DNA of 64,000 nt from an uncultured delta proteobacterium (GTDB lineage Bacteria > Desulfobacterota > Binatia > Binatales > Binataceae). The notes under the pieces were generated by a model. It had not been told where the DNA came from, made no database searches, and saw only the letters and a program-made list of their open reading frames with translations. Where the stretch lies: contig CAVQEQ010000003.1 in NCBI GenBank assembly GCA_963711565.1, positions 1,248,001 through 1,312,000 of the forward strand, given 5' to 3'. The position numbers and the translations under genes were made by a program. The first letter of the stretch is position 1, and each line of letters begins with the position of its first letter. Below are positions 31,745-40,300 of the stretch, one piece after another.

Positions 31745-32488
31745 CCAGTACTGGTGGTTGGGCGTTCATCACCAACGGTCGATGCCCTACTAAGAGAAAC
31801 AATTTGTACTCGCCAGCAGCAGCGCCACCACTACAATTGACCTCGATATTTGCCGCCTGAAACGCTTGCCGTAGTAATTCTACGGATCGTCTTTCGGGTC
31901 AAACTTTGGCTTAGTGTTTTCTCCCACTTCATCAATGCACAAACCTTGGTTCAGAGTATTCGGGTCTTGGTTGCTCGTACTGAGTTCCACCGTCCATTCC
32001 GTGCCGTGTAGCGCGTTGTACAGTTGAGCGGCATATTCCATCGCCTCGCTATCAAGGGGATTCGCCTTCACTGTCACGGAATACGCTTTGTGGTTGGACA
32101 GAAGCTCACGAAGTTGGTCTGCCTGCTTGTCCGTTAAAGACCTCGGCAGAACGTACTGAGTAACGGCGGTTTGAATCGTCATAATTTGGGAAATCGTATG
32201 TCCTACGAATATCGATATGGTCGCGGATGCTAGAACTAGGAATAACGTGCGAAGCGGAACGCCAGGCAACTTCGGAATTTTGGTTGTTCGCAGGAAGTTC
32301 ACGTTCGCACGGTCCCTGACCAGCACGACTAAGCCAAGAAAGCCCGAAACAAGTTCAAATAGTCCCCAACCGAGATTCTGAAATACGATAAACGAGCCCG
32401 TTGCGAACATTGACCCAAAGATCGTGAGCAGTACCCAAAACAATCGATCCTGCGGCAACTCTCCTCTTTCGGGTCTCTCAGGTTCCAT
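31745..32488 (-). CDS. AT-richer membrane hypothetical protein, frameshifted at ~31884 and cut by the IS3 right end
   Basis: Three N-terminal TM segments. After ...KDDP a shifted frame continues VELLRQAFQAANIEVNCSGG...LLVGHRPL up to the IS. Confidence 0.6.
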
Positions 32489-32630
32489 GAGGTCGCATCG
32501 TAGTGCGCTTGACGGCAGACCGCCATCTGCGGGAATTGTCGGTATGAGTTCCGGCTATAAGAGCGGCGCTGGAAGCTCTGCGCCGACCTTCGGAGCGGAG
32601 GCGGAATCTTGAATCGCGCGCTGTGAGCGG

Positions 32631-32953
32631 ACCCTCACCCTTCGGCGGGCTCAGGGCGGGCTCTTCGATCCTCTCCCTGGCGGAGAGAGGGGATACGAAG
32701 CACAGGAGCCGATCGACGACGAAGCACGCTTGCAGCTTGAATCGCGGAACCCTCACCTACCGGCCGCGATGCGGCCGGCCGCCTCTCCCGTGCAAAGCTC
32801 CCCCTCACCCGCGCCGGAAGGCGCGACCTCTCCCGCAACTAAGCGGGCGAGGCGGGTAATCGGTGGCGCGGAACGCGACACCCTAACTGGGGCGAGGTAA
32901 GAAAGGAGCGAGCGCGCTGGCGCGCGAGATCCTTCGCTGCGCTCAGGATGACA
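32631..32953. repeat. mosaic of CCCTCACC...CCTCTCCC...GGG(A/C)GAGG REP units plus an inverted TGTCAT-type REP
   Basis: ACCCTCACC/CCCTCACC starts at ~32631, 32750 and 32801; AGATCCTTCGCTGCGCTCAGGATGACA at 32927-32953. Confidence 0.75.
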
Positions 32954-33006
32954 CGAAAAAACCTCCAAACAGGGACGAAGTAATTCCCGGCACCGCCCAC
33001 GAAACG

Positions 33007-33109
33007 TGAGAGCGAAATGGCGTCCTCGACATTTTGCGATTTCTTTTCACTGGGTGCAGGGGTCACCCCTGCCCAGGGAGGTGCGGAACCCATGGTGGGT
33101 TCTGCATTT
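33007..33109 (-). repeat. two-hairpin dispersed repeat, copy B
   Basis: Reverse complement is nearly identical to 36791-36888. Confidence 0.85.
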
Positions 33110-33249
33110 GATTGAGTAAGCTCAGCTTCCCGTTCCTTCCCCCCTGCGTTCGGGGGGCGGCGGGGGGTAGAATCTGTACATCGGACGTGGAGTTATCTAA
33201 GGTTCGGGGCGTTGCGGTTCGCAGCGATTGCAATTGGAGGATTCGAGCG

Positions 33250-34254
33250 GTGGCGATAAAAGTCGGGATTAACGGATTCGGCCGGATCGGCAGGATGTTT
33301 CTGCGCGCGGCGCTGACCAAGAAAGACCTCGAGGTCGTCGCCGTCAACGACATCACCGACGCGCCGACGCTCGCGCATCTGCTCAAGTACGATTCTATCC
33401 ACGGCACGCTCCGCCACGAGGTCAAAGCCGAGGGCGGGTTCATCTACCTCGACGGCAAGCCGCTGCAGGTGATCGCCGAGCGCGACCCCGCCAAGTTGCC
33501 ATGGAGCAAACTCGGCGTGCAGGTCGTTATCGAATCGACGGGGCTGTTCACGGCGCGCGACAAGGCCGCGATGCATCTGGCGGCGGGCGCGAAGAAAGTC
33601 GTGATCAGCGCGCCCGCCGACGGCGCCGACGTCACGCTATGCCTCGGCGTCAACCATCATGTGTACGACTCGAAGAAGCACGACGTGATCTCGAACGCGT
33701 CATGCACCACCAACTGCCTCGCGCCGATCGGCAAAGTCCTGCACGAGAGTTTCGGCGTGGCGCACGGCCTGATGACGACGGTGCACAGCTACACCTCGGA
33801 CCAGATGCTGCAGGACGGGCCGCATAAGGATCTCAGACGCGCGCGCGCCGCGGGAGTCTCGATGATTCCGACTTCGACTGGAGCGGCGAAGGCGATCGGC
33901 CTCGTGCTGCCCGCGCTCAACGGCAAGCTCGACGGAATCGCGATTCGGGTGCCGACCTCGAACGTCTCGATCGTCGATCTGACGGTCACAGTTGAAAAGG
34001 ACGCCGAGGTGAAGTCGGTCAACGCGGCGATGAAGGCGGCGGCGGATGGCGCGCTCAAGGGGATCCTCGAATACAGCGAGGCGCCGCTGGTGTCGGTCGA
34101 TCTCAACGGCAATCCGCATTCGTCGATTTTCGACGCGCCGCTGACCAAGGTCGTGGGCAAGCGGATGGTGAAAGTATTTTCGTGGTACGACAACGAATGG
34201 GGCTACTCGAACCGCCTCGCGGATATCGCCGCGTTCGTCGCCGACCAGCTGTAG
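33250..34254 (+). CDS. gap: type I glyceraldehyde-3-phosphate dehydrogenase
   Basis: INGFGRIGR, SNASCTTNCLAP, WYDNEWGY; GTG start after GGAGG. Confidence 0.97.
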   Translation: MAIKVGINGFGRIGRMFLRAALTKKDLEVVAVNDITDAPTLAHLLKYDSIHGTLRHEVKAEGGFIYLDGKPLQVIAERDPAKLPWSKLGVQVVIESTGLFTARDKAAMHLAAGAKKVVISAPADGADVTLCLGVNHHVYDSKKHDVISNASCTTNCLAPIGKVLHESFGVAHGLMTTVHSYTSDQMLQDGPHKDLRRARAAGVSMIPTSTGAAKAIGLVLPALNGKLDGIAIRVPTSNVSIVDLTVTVEKDAEVKSVNAAMKAAADGALKGILEYSEAPLVSVDLNGNPHSSIFDAPLTKVVGKRMVKVFSWYDNEWGYSNRLADIAAFVADQL

Positions 34255-34266
34255 CGCGAATCCGCG

Positions 34267-35442
34267 ATGCCGGTAGTACCGATCACGCGCCTTCAGTTCC
34301 AGGACAAGAAGGTACTCGTGCGATGCGATTTCAACGTGCCGATCGCCGAGGGCAAAATCCAGGACCCGGCGCGAATCGACGCGAGTCTCGACACGATTCG
34401 TTATATCCTCGAACACGGCGGCACGGCGGTGTTGTGCTCGCATCTCGGGCGTCCCAAGGAGCGCAGTGCGGAGCTGAGTCTCAAGCCGGTCGCCGAGTAC
34501 CTGACCAATGCGCTCGGGCAGAAGGTAAGGCTCGCGCCCGATTGTGTCGGCGATCATACCGGCAAGATGATCGAAGCGCTCAAGCCGGGCGAGGCGATCC
34601 TGCTCGAGAATCTGCGCTTCCACAAAGAAGAGGAGGCCAACGATCGCGACTTCTCGCACGAGCTCGCGCGCCACAAGCAGGTCTTTGTGAACGACGGCTT
34701 CGGCACGGCGCATCGCGCGCACGCCTCGACGGTGGGAGTCACGCGCTTCCTCGCGGAGCGCGCGGCGGGATTCCTGATGATGCGCGAACTGGAGGCACTC
34801 AGGAAGGTCACCGAGAATCCGCAGCGGCCGTCGATCGCGATCATGGGCGGCGCGAAAGTCTCCGACAAAATCGGGCTGATCAAAAATCTGCTCAACAAAG
34901 TCGATTCGATCCTGATTGGCGGCGCGATGGCGTACACGTTCCTCAAGGCGCGGGGTATCGCGATCGGCAAGTCGCGGGTCGAGGACGACAAGCTCGAGCT
35001 GGCGAAGGAATTGATCGCGGAGGCCGCGCGCAAAGGCGTGAAAATCATCCTGCCGTCCGATCATATCGTCGCGGGCGCTCCTGAAGCCGGCGCGACGCCT
35101 CATACGGTCACTGAAATTCCGTCCGAGATGATAGGCCTCGATATCGGACCGCAAACCGCGGCCGCGTTTATCGCGGAAATCGCGCGCGCCCGGACCGTCA
35201 TCTGGAACGGCCCGCTTGGGTTCTTCGAAATCCCGGCATTCGCAGGCGGCACGATGCGCGTGGGCGAGGCGCTCGCCAACCAGGCGGGCGTCATCTCGAT
35301 AATCGGCGGGGGAGACACGGCGGCGGCGCTCGCGCATGCGCCGTGGGCCGACAAGTTCACGCACATCTCGACCGGAGGCGGCGCGACGCTGGAATTCCTG
35401 GAAGGCCGCGAGCTGCCGGGCGTGAAGTCGCTCGAAGTGTGA
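34267..35442 (+). CDS. pgk: phosphoglycerate kinase
   Basis: RCDFNVP, SHLGRP, LLENLRF, GGAKVSDK, WNGPLG, STGGGA. Confidence 0.97.
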   Translation: MPVVPITRLQFQDKKVLVRCDFNVPIAEGKIQDPARIDASLDTIRYILEHGGTAVLCSHLGRPKERSAELSLKPVAEYLTNALGQKVRLAPDCVGDHTGKMIEALKPGEAILLENLRFHKEEEANDRDFSHELARHKQVFVNDGFGTAHRAHASTVGVTRFLAERAAGFLMMRELEALRKVTENPQRPSIAIMGGAKVSDKIGLIKNLLNKVDSILIGGAMAYTFLKARGIAIGKSRVEDDKLELAKELIAEAARKGVKIILPSDHIVAGAPEAGATPHTVTEIPSEMIGLDIGPQTAAAFIAEIARARTVIWNGPLGFFEIPAFAGGTMRVGEALANQAGVISIIGGGDTAAALAHAPWADKFTHISTGGGATLEFLEGRELPGVKSLEV

Positions 35443-35443
35443 C

Positions 35444-36217
35444 ATGCGCAAGAAATTAATTGCCGCGAACTGGAAGATGCATCTGCTGCCGATCGGCGCT
35501 CGCGCTCTCGTCGCCGGAATCCGCGAAGCGATCGATCCGGTCGCGGCGACGCTGGCGAAGGATCGCGAGGTGATGGTCGCGCCGCCCGCTATTCTTATCC
35601 CGGCCGTCGCGCAGGCGCTCGCCGGATCGTCGATCCTGCTCGGCGCGCAGAATATGCACTTCGAGGACAAAGGCGCGTTCACCGGCGAAGTCGCGCCGCC
35701 GATGCTGCAAGCGTACGGCGTCACGCACGTCATCGTCGGGCATTCGGAGCGTCGCCACATTTTCCTTGAGACTGACGAACTGATTAACAAGAAGGTGATC
35801 GCCGCGTTGCAGCATCGGATGACCCCGATTCTGTGCGTCGGCGAAACGCAGGACGAGCACGACGGCGGGCGCGCGCTTAACGTCGTCCTGCGCCAGTTGC
35901 AGCGCGGGCTGGAGAACGTCGGCGACGAGCATGTGACGTCGGTGGCGATTGCCTACGAGCCGGTGTGGGCTATTGGCACCGGGCGCACGGCGACGCCCGA
36001 GCAGGCCGAATCGATCCATGGCGCGATCCGCGGCGCGATCCTCGAACGTTACGGGCGCGGGCGCGCCGATGCGGTGCGGATTATCTACGGCGGCAGCGTC
36101 AACGACGAGAATGTTGACTCGCTCGTGTCCAAGCCCGATATTGACGGGGCTCTGGTCGGCGGGGCAAGCTTGAAGGCTGACTCGTTCGCGCGCATCGTCA
36201 GGGCGCGGACCTGCTGA
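35444..36217 (+). CDS. tpiA: triose-phosphate isomerase
   Basis: ANWKM, GAFTGE, GHSERR, AYEPVWAIGTG, YGGSV, LVGGASL. Confidence 0.97.
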   Translation: MRKKLIAANWKMHLLPIGARALVAGIREAIDPVAATLAKDREVMVAPPAILIPAVAQALAGSSILLGAQNMHFEDKGAFTGEVAPPMLQAYGVTHVIVGHSERRHIFLETDELINKKVIAALQHRMTPILCVGETQDEHDGGRALNVVLRQLQRGLENVGDEHVTSVAIAYEPVWAIGTGRTATPEQAESIHGAIRGAILERYGRGRADAVRIIYGGSVNDENVDSLVSKPDIDGALVGGASLKADSFARIVRARTC

Positions 36218-36227
36218 AGAAGACAAA

Positions 36228-36614
36228 ATGGTTTCAATAGTCGTTTCGATTCATGTGATCGTGTGCGTTGCGATGTGCGTCATAATCCTGCTGCAGCAGG
36301 GCAAGGGCGCGGAGGTCGGGGCCGTGTTCGGCGGCTCGAGCCAGACGGTGTTCGGCGCCAGCGGCGCGGGCAACGCGCTGACCAAGACGACGTGGGCGTT
36401 CGCGATTATTTTCTTCTCGACCTCGATCTTCCTGGCGCTGTCGTCGGCGCGGCGCGTGACCGGCAGTATCTTCGATCATCCGTTTACGTCGGCGCCGGTG
36501 TCGAGCGTGATGCCGCCGGCGTCGAAGGCGGCGCCCAAGAGTGCGAATCCCGCGGCGCCCGCCCCGGCAGCTCACAATCCGGCCGGCGCGGCGACGCCGG
36601 CGTCGGCGAAGTAG
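36228..36614 (+). CDS. secG: preprotein translocase subunit SecG
   Basis: ILLQQGKGA..GAVFGGSSQTVFG...LTKTT; conserved position after tpiA. Confidence 0.95.
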   Translation: MVSIVVSIHVIVCVAMCVIILLQQGKGAEVGAVFGGSSQTVFGASGAGNALTKTTWAFAIIFFSTSIFLALSSARRVTGSIFDHPFTSAPVSSVMPPASKAAPKSANPAAPAPAAHNPAGAATPASAK

Positions 36615-36684
36615 TCGAGTTTCCGCTGATGCGCCGGAGCGCTTAGACCCTCGACCTGACTCCGGCAAGCATGCACGACGCGAT

Positions 36685-36770
36685 GCGCGGGTGGTGGAAT
36701 GGCAGACACGCCAGTTTGAGGGGCTGGTGGTAGCAATACCGTGCGGGTTCAAGTCCCGCTCCGCGCACCA
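36685..36770 (+). tRNA. tRNA-Leu (GAG)
   Basis: GCGCGGG acceptor, GGTGGAATGGCAGACAC D arm, CCAGT-TTGAGGG-GCTGG anticodon arm, long variable arm, GGTTCAAGTCC, CCA end. Confidence 0.96.
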
Positions 36771-36790
36771 ATCGAAAATCCGCTTTATTC

Positions 36791-37145
36791 AATGCGGAAC
36801 CCACCGTGGGTTCCGCACCTCCCTGGGCAGGGGTGACCCCTGCACCCAATGAGAATCGCGAAATGTCGAGGACAACCTTTCGCTCTCAGGCTCTGTTCCT
36901 TGTCTCATTCGGTGCGAAACGAGGAATCCCGCCTCATCGAAGGTGCAGCCCGCGATGGGTCTCACGCTCGCCTGCAAGGAAGCGCACCATCCGGTCCCCC
37001 CTTCCGCGCGGGAAGCGGAACGACTCCTAAAATCCGGCCCCTTTTCCCCGCGCAGGCCCGAAAAAGAGGTTAGGGGTGAGGTTCCGCGCGCGCATTGCGC
37101 GCACTCTCTCATCCTGACGCAGCGAGTACCGCGAGCGGATGGAAG
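36791..37145 (+). repeat. two-hairpin repeat copy C (36791-36888) followed by degenerate REP units
   Basis: TGCGGAACCCACCGTGGGTTCCGCA hairpin plus GGCAGGGGTGACCCCTGC; then TGTC..ATTC..GGAATC (~36901), CCCCTTCCGCGCGGGAAG (~36996), GGTTAGGGGTGAGG (~37068), TCATCCTGACGCAGCGAG (~37109). Confidence 0.8.
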
Positions 37146-37296
37146 CCACGTTGCGAACAACCAGCTGTAGCCCACAGATTCACGTCGCCGGTAAAGATTT
37201 CATACAAAAGTGACTTTTTGCGCGCGTTCGCTTTACCGAGCCTTAGTCTTCTGCTAAGCACATGACTCGTTGTTAGCGACTTCAACGGGGGAAACG

Positions 37297-40149
37297 ATGC
37301 GTGAAGGTCATTTCGGCGGAAGATCTCGCTTGCGCAGCCTTCTGGCATTCTTGTCTCTTGCTTCGTTAGCGTCGCTTGGGATCGCATCTCCTTCCGCCCG
37401 CGCCACCACTTACACCCAGTCAGTTGTCTATTCGTTCTGCAGTCAGGGCGGTACCAACTGCACCGACGGCGCCCTCCCTGCCGCCAGCCTGGTGCAAGCG
37501 CTCGACGGCAATTTCTATGGCACAACACTGGCCGGAGGTGCCGTCGGTCCGATAACCGGTGGCGCCGGCACTGTTTTCCAGGTAACCCCTTCCGGCACCC
37601 GTACCACGCTCTACACTTTTTGCAGCCAGGGCGGAACGAGCTGCACGGACGGCACGGTCCCCAGGGTTCTGATCGAAGGTCCGGACGGCAACTTCTACGG
37701 CACCACGGAAGAAGGCGGTACGAATGCATCCGGGACGGTTTTCAGAATCACTTCCACAGGTACTCTGACGACCCTTTATAATTTCTGCAGCGTTGGCGGC
37801 AGTTCATGCACAGACGGCATCGACCCCCTCGGCGGCTTGACGCTCGGCAGTGACGGCAACTTCTACGGCACCACTGAACGAGGCGGCAGCAACGGGGGCG
37901 GCACGATCTACATGCTCACCTCATCCGGCGTCCTTTCGACCCTGTACAATTTCTGCAGTCAGGGCGGCGCCAGTTGCACCGACGGCGAGAATCCTTATGC
38001 GACCCTCGTCCAGGGCAGCGACGGCTATTTCTACGGCACCACCTACGCAGGTGGCGCCGATAGCGAAGGCACCGTCTTCAAGATGTCCCCCTCGCCATCT
38101 TTCACGTTTACGTCCCTGTATAGCTTCTGCAGCCTGGGCGGATCCGCCTGCACCGACGGCAAGAATCCTCAAGGCGTCGCAGGACTCGTCGAGGGCACCG
38201 ACGAGAACTTCTACGGTACTACTGAGGCCGGAGGCACCAGCACCACAGTTTCAGCCGGCACCTTTTTCAAGATCACCTCGTCAGGGAGCCTCACGACGCT
38301 GTACAGCTTTTGCAGTATCGGCAGCAGGTGCGCCGACGGCGCCGAGCCAATGGGTGTGATTGAGGGCACCGATCTGAACTTTTACGGAACAACTGCCCTC
38401 TTCGGTAGTGCAATCGGTACTGCCTTTTCGGTCTCCGCCTCCGGAAGTTTGACTACGATCTACAACTTCTGCAGCCGCGAGCAGAACTCCATACCTTGCA
38501 CCGATGGCGGCATGCCTGAGGCCGCACTGATACAGGGCAGCGACGGCAACTTCTACGGCGACACGAATGCGGGAGGAAACGGAGATCCGGCGGCAAATTC
38601 CGGAGCGAGCGGAGGTGTAGCATTCAAACTGGCTGCGTCAGCCACGCTCGCCGCGCCGATCCAGTTGTCACTCTCCAACTCGCAAATTGCGCCGGGCAAT
38701 CCGGTTACGCTCTCCTGGAATGTGTTCCCCGCGCTCTCTACCACGCAGCAACAGTGCTACGCGTTCGTGCAAGGCGGCGCGACCGGGGCGGGAACATGGA
38801 CCGGCCAGCAGATCGGCACGCTATCGGCCGCAACCTATTCCGGTTCTGCGTCGATCACGCCGACTGCTAATGGAACCTATACCTATGCGCTGACTTGCGG
38901 CGGCACCGAGTCGGGCTTCGCGACCCTTACCGTAGCATCCGCCACGCCGACTCCTACAGCCACCGTGACTGCCACCGCAACTCCGGCCGCCACTGCAACC
39001 TTTACCGCAACCGCGACTCCGACTGCCACAGCTACGGCGACAGCGACCGCCACTGCAACTGCCACGCCGACCGCAACAGCCACTGCGACTGTCACGTCAA
39101 CTGCGACGGCCACTGCGACAGCCACGGCGACCGCCACTGCCACGCCGACCGTAACCGCTACCGCAACGCCGACGGCGACGCCGACTACCTCGATGACCGT
39201 GACTGCTTCGCTTCCCTTCGGCAATGTTGCGGACGGACAGACGGTGACGAAGAATCTGACCGTCCATAACACCGGCAGGACCAATTCGCTGGTCATCTCG
39301 AGCGCGACCCCGTCCGACCCTGAGTATGCCCTCAGCGGTACCGGGACGTGCGGCGCGATTCCGGTCACGGTCGCGCCCGCGACATCGTGCACATTCGGAG
39401 TTTCGTTCACGCCGAATGCGACCGGCGCGCACCCTGCATCCCTGACGTTATCCGACAACGCCGCCACCAGTCCGCAGCATGTGAGCCTCACCAGCACCGG
39501 CATCGTCGATCTGACAACCTCGAAGAGCAGCCTGGTATTCGGCGACGTGAAGTTCGGCGCCAAGGGCACCAAGTCATTCACTGTGACCAATCATCAAACC
39601 CAGCCAGTGAGCCTCAGTGAAAGTCTCAGCGACGCCAACGCCTCTGACTTCTCGATGAGCGGCACCTGCACGGGCACGCTCGCCGCCAAGACGGCCTGTA
39701 CGACTACAGTGACCTTCGTGCCGGGGGCGCTGGGAGCGGAATCGGCGACACTGACGGTCAGCGACAGTCCCGATCCGCTAAGTCCGTACATGGTCGCGCT
39801 CACGACCGGCCCGACGATCCCGGCGACGATCACACCGGTCACGCTCGCGTACGGCACGCTGACGGCCCGGACATCGCCGAAGACCAAGGACGTTACTGTA
39901 ACCAACAAGTCGGCATTTTCCCTGCCCGTCAGCGAGAGCATCGTCAGCAGCGCGAACTCCGGCGACTTTACGGTGACCGGCGGCACCTGCGGCACGATGG
40001 TGTCGGCCAACTCATCATGCACGATAGCGGTGAGGTTCACGCCGACCGGCGGCGGATCGCCGGAGAGCGCAAGCATAGCGGTGACGATCGGCAGCGATCC
40101 GACCAGTCCCCGCAACATTACTCTCACCGGCACCGGCCCCGTGAACTGA
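37297..40149 (+). CDS. secreted surface protein: 7 GloVer-type (TIGR03803-like) propeller repeats, Thr/Ala linker, three Ig-like choice-of-anchor D domains
   Basis: Signal peptide; 7 x FCSxxxxxCxDGxxP...DGNFYGTT; TATATAT tract; repeated FG/YG...NxxxxP...C...C.....F.P modules. Confidence 0.9.
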   Translation: MREGHFGGRSRLRSLLAFLSLASLASLGIASPSARATTYTQSVVYSFCSQGGTNCTDGALPAASLVQALDGNFYGTTLAGGAVGPITGGAGTVFQVTPSGTRTTLYTFCSQGGTSCTDGTVPRVLIEGPDGNFYGTTEEGGTNASGTVFRITSTGTLTTLYNFCSVGGSSCTDGIDPLGGLTLGSDGNFYGTTERGGSNGGGTIYMLTSSGVLSTLYNFCSQGGASCTDGENPYATLVQGSDGYFYGTTYAGGADSEGTVFKMSPSPSFTFTSLYSFCSLGGSACTDGKNPQGVAGLVEGTDENFYGTTEAGGTSTTVSAGTFFKITSSGSLTTLYSFCSIGSRCADGAEPMGVIEGTDLNFYGTTALFGSAIGTAFSVSASGSLTTIYNFCSREQNSIPCTDGGMPEAALIQGSDGNFYGDTNAGGNGDPAANSGASGGVAFKLAASATLAAPIQLSLSNSQIAPGNPVTLSWNVFPALSTTQQQCYAFVQGGATGAGTWTGQQIGTLSAATYSGSASITPTANGTYTYALTCGGTESGFATLTVASATPTPTATVTATATPAATATFTATATPTATATATATATATATPTATATATVTSTATATATATATATATPTVTATATPTATPTTSMTVTASLPFGNVADGQTVTKNLTVHNTGRTNSLVISSATPSDPEYALSGTGTCGAIPVTVAPATSCTFGVSFTPNATGAHPASLTLSDNAATSPQHVSLTSTGIVDLTTSKSSLVFGDVKFGAKGTKSFTVTNHQTQPVSLSESLSDANASDFSMSGTCTGTLAAKTACTTTVTFVPGALGAESATLTVSDSPDPLSPYMVALTTGPTIPATITPVTLAYGTLTARTSPKTKDVTVTNKSAFSLPVSESIVSSANSGDFTVTGGTCGTMVSANSSCTIAVRFTPTGGGSPESASIAVTIGSDPTSPRNITLTGTGPVN

Positions 40150-40300
40150 GGCTTCGATTACTGAAGCTGAGCGTCAACAAGTCGCCCCCGTCCATGATGC
40201 TCGCGTGCGGAAAATCATCAGCTAGCCGAAATTTCGCTTGACAAAACCTGGCGCGCCAAGCGGAATTGCTCGGGTGGGGAGAGGCGTGAGTCTGCGGGCG

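Noticed and set aside
38940-39200. Thr/Ala tandem DNA repeats (also 41360-41640) as a non-coding array
   Set aside because: In-frame low-complexity linkers with synonymous variation.
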